DNA of 27,084 nt from positions 1 through 27,084 of the IMG/VR virus record IMGVR_UViG_3300044513_001736. The stretch is one strand, 5' to 3'. The notes under the pieces were generated by a model, which was given only the letters and a program-made list of their open reading frames with translations, searched no databases and was not told where the DNA came from. The translations under genes and the position numbers were made by a program. Positions 25,328 to 27,084 of this stretch are shown one piece after another (positions within the stretch are counted from its first letter, which is position 1; every line of letters starts with the position of its first letter). The DNA comes from a virus. Lineage: Duplodnaviria; Caudoviricetes.

Positions 25328-26985
25328 TGGCATCATCCATCCTCATTAAAAGAAGTACAGGCACAGTAGCGCCAGGTACTATTACATACGGCGAATTAGC
25401 CGTAACTCAAAGTGGCACTGGTACTCAAGCAAACCAGGGTGACCGTCTTTTTGTCGGTGACAATAATGGTGCTGCTCAGGTAGTTGGTGGTAGATACTTC
25501 ACCGACATGATGGATCATGTCCATGGTGTCTTGACCGCTGACTCTGTTGCCATTCTTGACAGTAACTCTAAGATTGATAACTGGTTAGTTGATGATATTC
25601 AACTTAACGCTAATGTTATTACAACTAGCACTACAGATACCGATCTTGTTCTTCGTGCTAATGGAGTTGGAAAACTCGTCATCGAAGATGGACAAGAACT
25701 TGAGTTTGGTACATCTGGAGACGTAGAATTTGTCTACACTGATGCAGATAGCGCATTAGATATCAAGCGAGTAACAGGAACCCCCGACCTGCGTATCGCT
25801 GATGATATGCGTATCTACTTCGGTAGTAACAAAGATGGTGGTATTCGTTATGACGAAACAACCCTCGACAAAGTAAGAATTGACGGTGCAGACTGGGAGT
25901 TTGACAATGGAGTGGCAGTCAATTTATCTGACACTACAGCTTCCACCAACTCCACCACAGGTGCTTTCACCGTTGTTGGTGGTGTCGGTGTTGCAGGTCA
26001 AGTTTCCGCAGGATCACTCCTTGTCGAAGGTGATACTACCATTGGTGATGCAACTGGAGATTCTCTGACAGTTGAATCTACAACAGTCTTCAATGGTCCT
26101 GTTACCTTTAATGGTCAGCAGACAATCAACGCTGTAATCAACCAGACTGGTCAGTTTAACCTTGACCAACTGAGAATGGATGGCAATGTTCTCTCTACCA
26201 CTTCTGGTACTGAGATGATCATTGACCCATTCCCCGCTGGTGGAGATGCTGCTGGTCTGGTCATCATCAAGGGCGACCTTCAGATTGATGGTACGACTAC
26301 AACTGTTAACTCGGCAAACATGTCGGTTAACGATCCAACAATCGAACTTGGTGATCCAACTGCAGTTAGAACTGTTACCGCAGCTGCTACCACTGGAGCA
26401 ACTACTTTAACTCTCGATACTATTAGCAACATCTCTACTGGTGATGCTATTAGCGGAACTGGTATTGCTGGTGGCACAACCGTCACTGGTTTCCCAAGTG
26501 GAACTGATGTTACTCTGAGTGCAGCAATTACCGCTGACATTGATGCTGGAGATTCCATCACAATCGTTAGAGCTGGTACTGACGCACTTGATCGTGGTGT
26601 CAAGGTTCACTATGACGGTCAGTTTGGTTTCTTTGGTTACGATCGCACTGGTGGTGCCGATGGTCTTGGTGCTTGGACGTTTATTGAAGATGCAACTGAC
26701 ACCAATACCGTTTTTGGTGTAAATGGTAACCGTGGTACTGTGGTTCTGGGTGATCTGGAACTTGATACCGATTTGGAAGTCCAGTATGGTGGTACAGGTC
26801 AGAGCACCTTTACTACAAATGGCATCATTTATGGTAATAGTGCAAGTGGATTGCTTGTAACCGACGCTGCAAATATGGTAAGTCCTGGTACTGGATCTGA
26901 TGCCACTACCTCTTATCAAATCCTTACTGTCACGGCTGCTGGCGTTCCTGTTTGGACTTCAACTATCGATGGCGGAACATTCTGA
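25327..26985 (+). CDS. tail fibre-like protein (552 aa)
   Basis: N-terminal ILIKRS...GELAV...RLFVGD attachment-type domain; trimeric beta-shaft motifs (STTGAFTVVGGVGV, GDLQIDGTTTTVNS...VNDPTIELG, VQYGGTGQSTFTTNGIIYGN); C-terminal IDGGTF. Confidence 0.85.
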   Translation: MASSILIKRSTGTVAPGTITYGELAVTQSGTGTQANQGDRLFVGDNNGAAQVVGGRYFTDMMDHVHGVLTADSVAILDSNSKIDNWLVDDIQLNANVITTSTTDTDLVLRANGVGKLVIEDGQELEFGTSGDVEFVYTDADSALDIKRVTGTPDLRIADDMRIYFGSNKDGGIRYDETTLDKVRIDGADWEFDNGVAVNLSDTTASTNSTTGAFTVVGGVGVAGQVSAGSLLVEGDTTIGDATGDSLTVESTTVFNGPVTFNGQQTINAVINQTGQFNLDQLRMDGNVLSTTSGTEMIIDPFPAGGDAAGLVIIKGDLQIDGTTTTVNSANMSVNDPTIELGDPTAVRTVTAAATTGATTLTLDTISNISTGDAISGTGIAGGTTVTGFPSGTDVTLSAAITADIDAGDSITIVRAGTDALDRGVKVHYDGQFGFFGYDRTGGADGLGAWTFIEDATDTNTVFGVNGNRGTVVLGDLELDTDLEVQYGGTGQSTFTTNGIIYGNSASGLLVTDAANMVSPGTGSDATTSYQILTVTAAGVPVWTSTIDGGTF

Positions 26986-26995
26986 TTTTTAACTT

Positions 26996-27084
26996 ATGAA
27001 CGTACAAATTGTTATTGCAACATTACAGAAAAAAATTTCTGATTTGACCCTGACAAATGTAATGCTGGAAGCACAAATTTCCGA
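26996..27084 (+). CDS. 3'-truncated small coiled-coil protein
   Basis: ATG 10 nt after the fibre stop, open to the window end: MNVQIVIATLQKKISDLTLTNVMLEAQIS... Confidence 0.7.
   Translation, partial: MNVQIVIATLQKKISDLTLTNVMLEAQIS

Noticed and set aside
3610-26070. DSL/DSV motifs as phosphopantetheine acceptor sites (gp6 VDSLS; fibre ADSVA and GDSLT)
   Set aside because: They sit in beta-rich contexts without the acidic four-helix carrier-protein pattern and are likely chance matches.
1809-26919. Many minus-strand and alternate-frame ORFs of 60-206 aa in the ORF track (for example 15549-16169, 20821-21408, 21633-22169)
   Set aside because: They overlap long, motif-supported + strand genes, have the biased composition expected of shadow frames, and show no recognisable motifs.
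25327-26985. Diversity-generating retroelement target, suggested by the Mtd-like N-terminus
   Set aside because: I saw no reverse transcriptase, no template/variable repeat pair and no C-terminal lectin-like domain in the window.
1-27084. tRNA, rRNA, CRISPR array or IS element
   Set aside because: Intergenic gaps are short, and no cloverleaf, repeat-spacer array or transposase was seen by eye. tRNAscan-SE and Infernal were not run.

Overview
This 27 kb window looks like part of a T4-like cyanophage (cyanomyovirus) genome; the host assignment is inferred from gene content and order. All credible genes are on the + strand. It opens with the end of a GC-rich small-gene region with host-type sigma70 promoters and a hairpin-rich junction (about 330-450). 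Next come a short Sfp-type 4'-phosphopantetheinyl transferase and two small ORFs. The late structural module follows: gp5.1-like, PAAR/gp5.4-like, two small ORFs, gp25, gp6, a 3749-aa gp7-like protein, gp8, a 2221-aa VrlC/DUF4815-like virion protein, small adaptor genes and a tail-fibre-like protein, with T4-type late promoters (NNTAAATA). The most unusual signal is inside the gp7-like protein (about 12729-14210): three alpha-helical repeats nested inside one another. By eye they resemble the phycobiliprotein globin fold, and each has Cys at positions resembling both bilin attachment sites (beta-84 and beta-153/155). All family assignments come from recalled motifs and synteny, not database searches.
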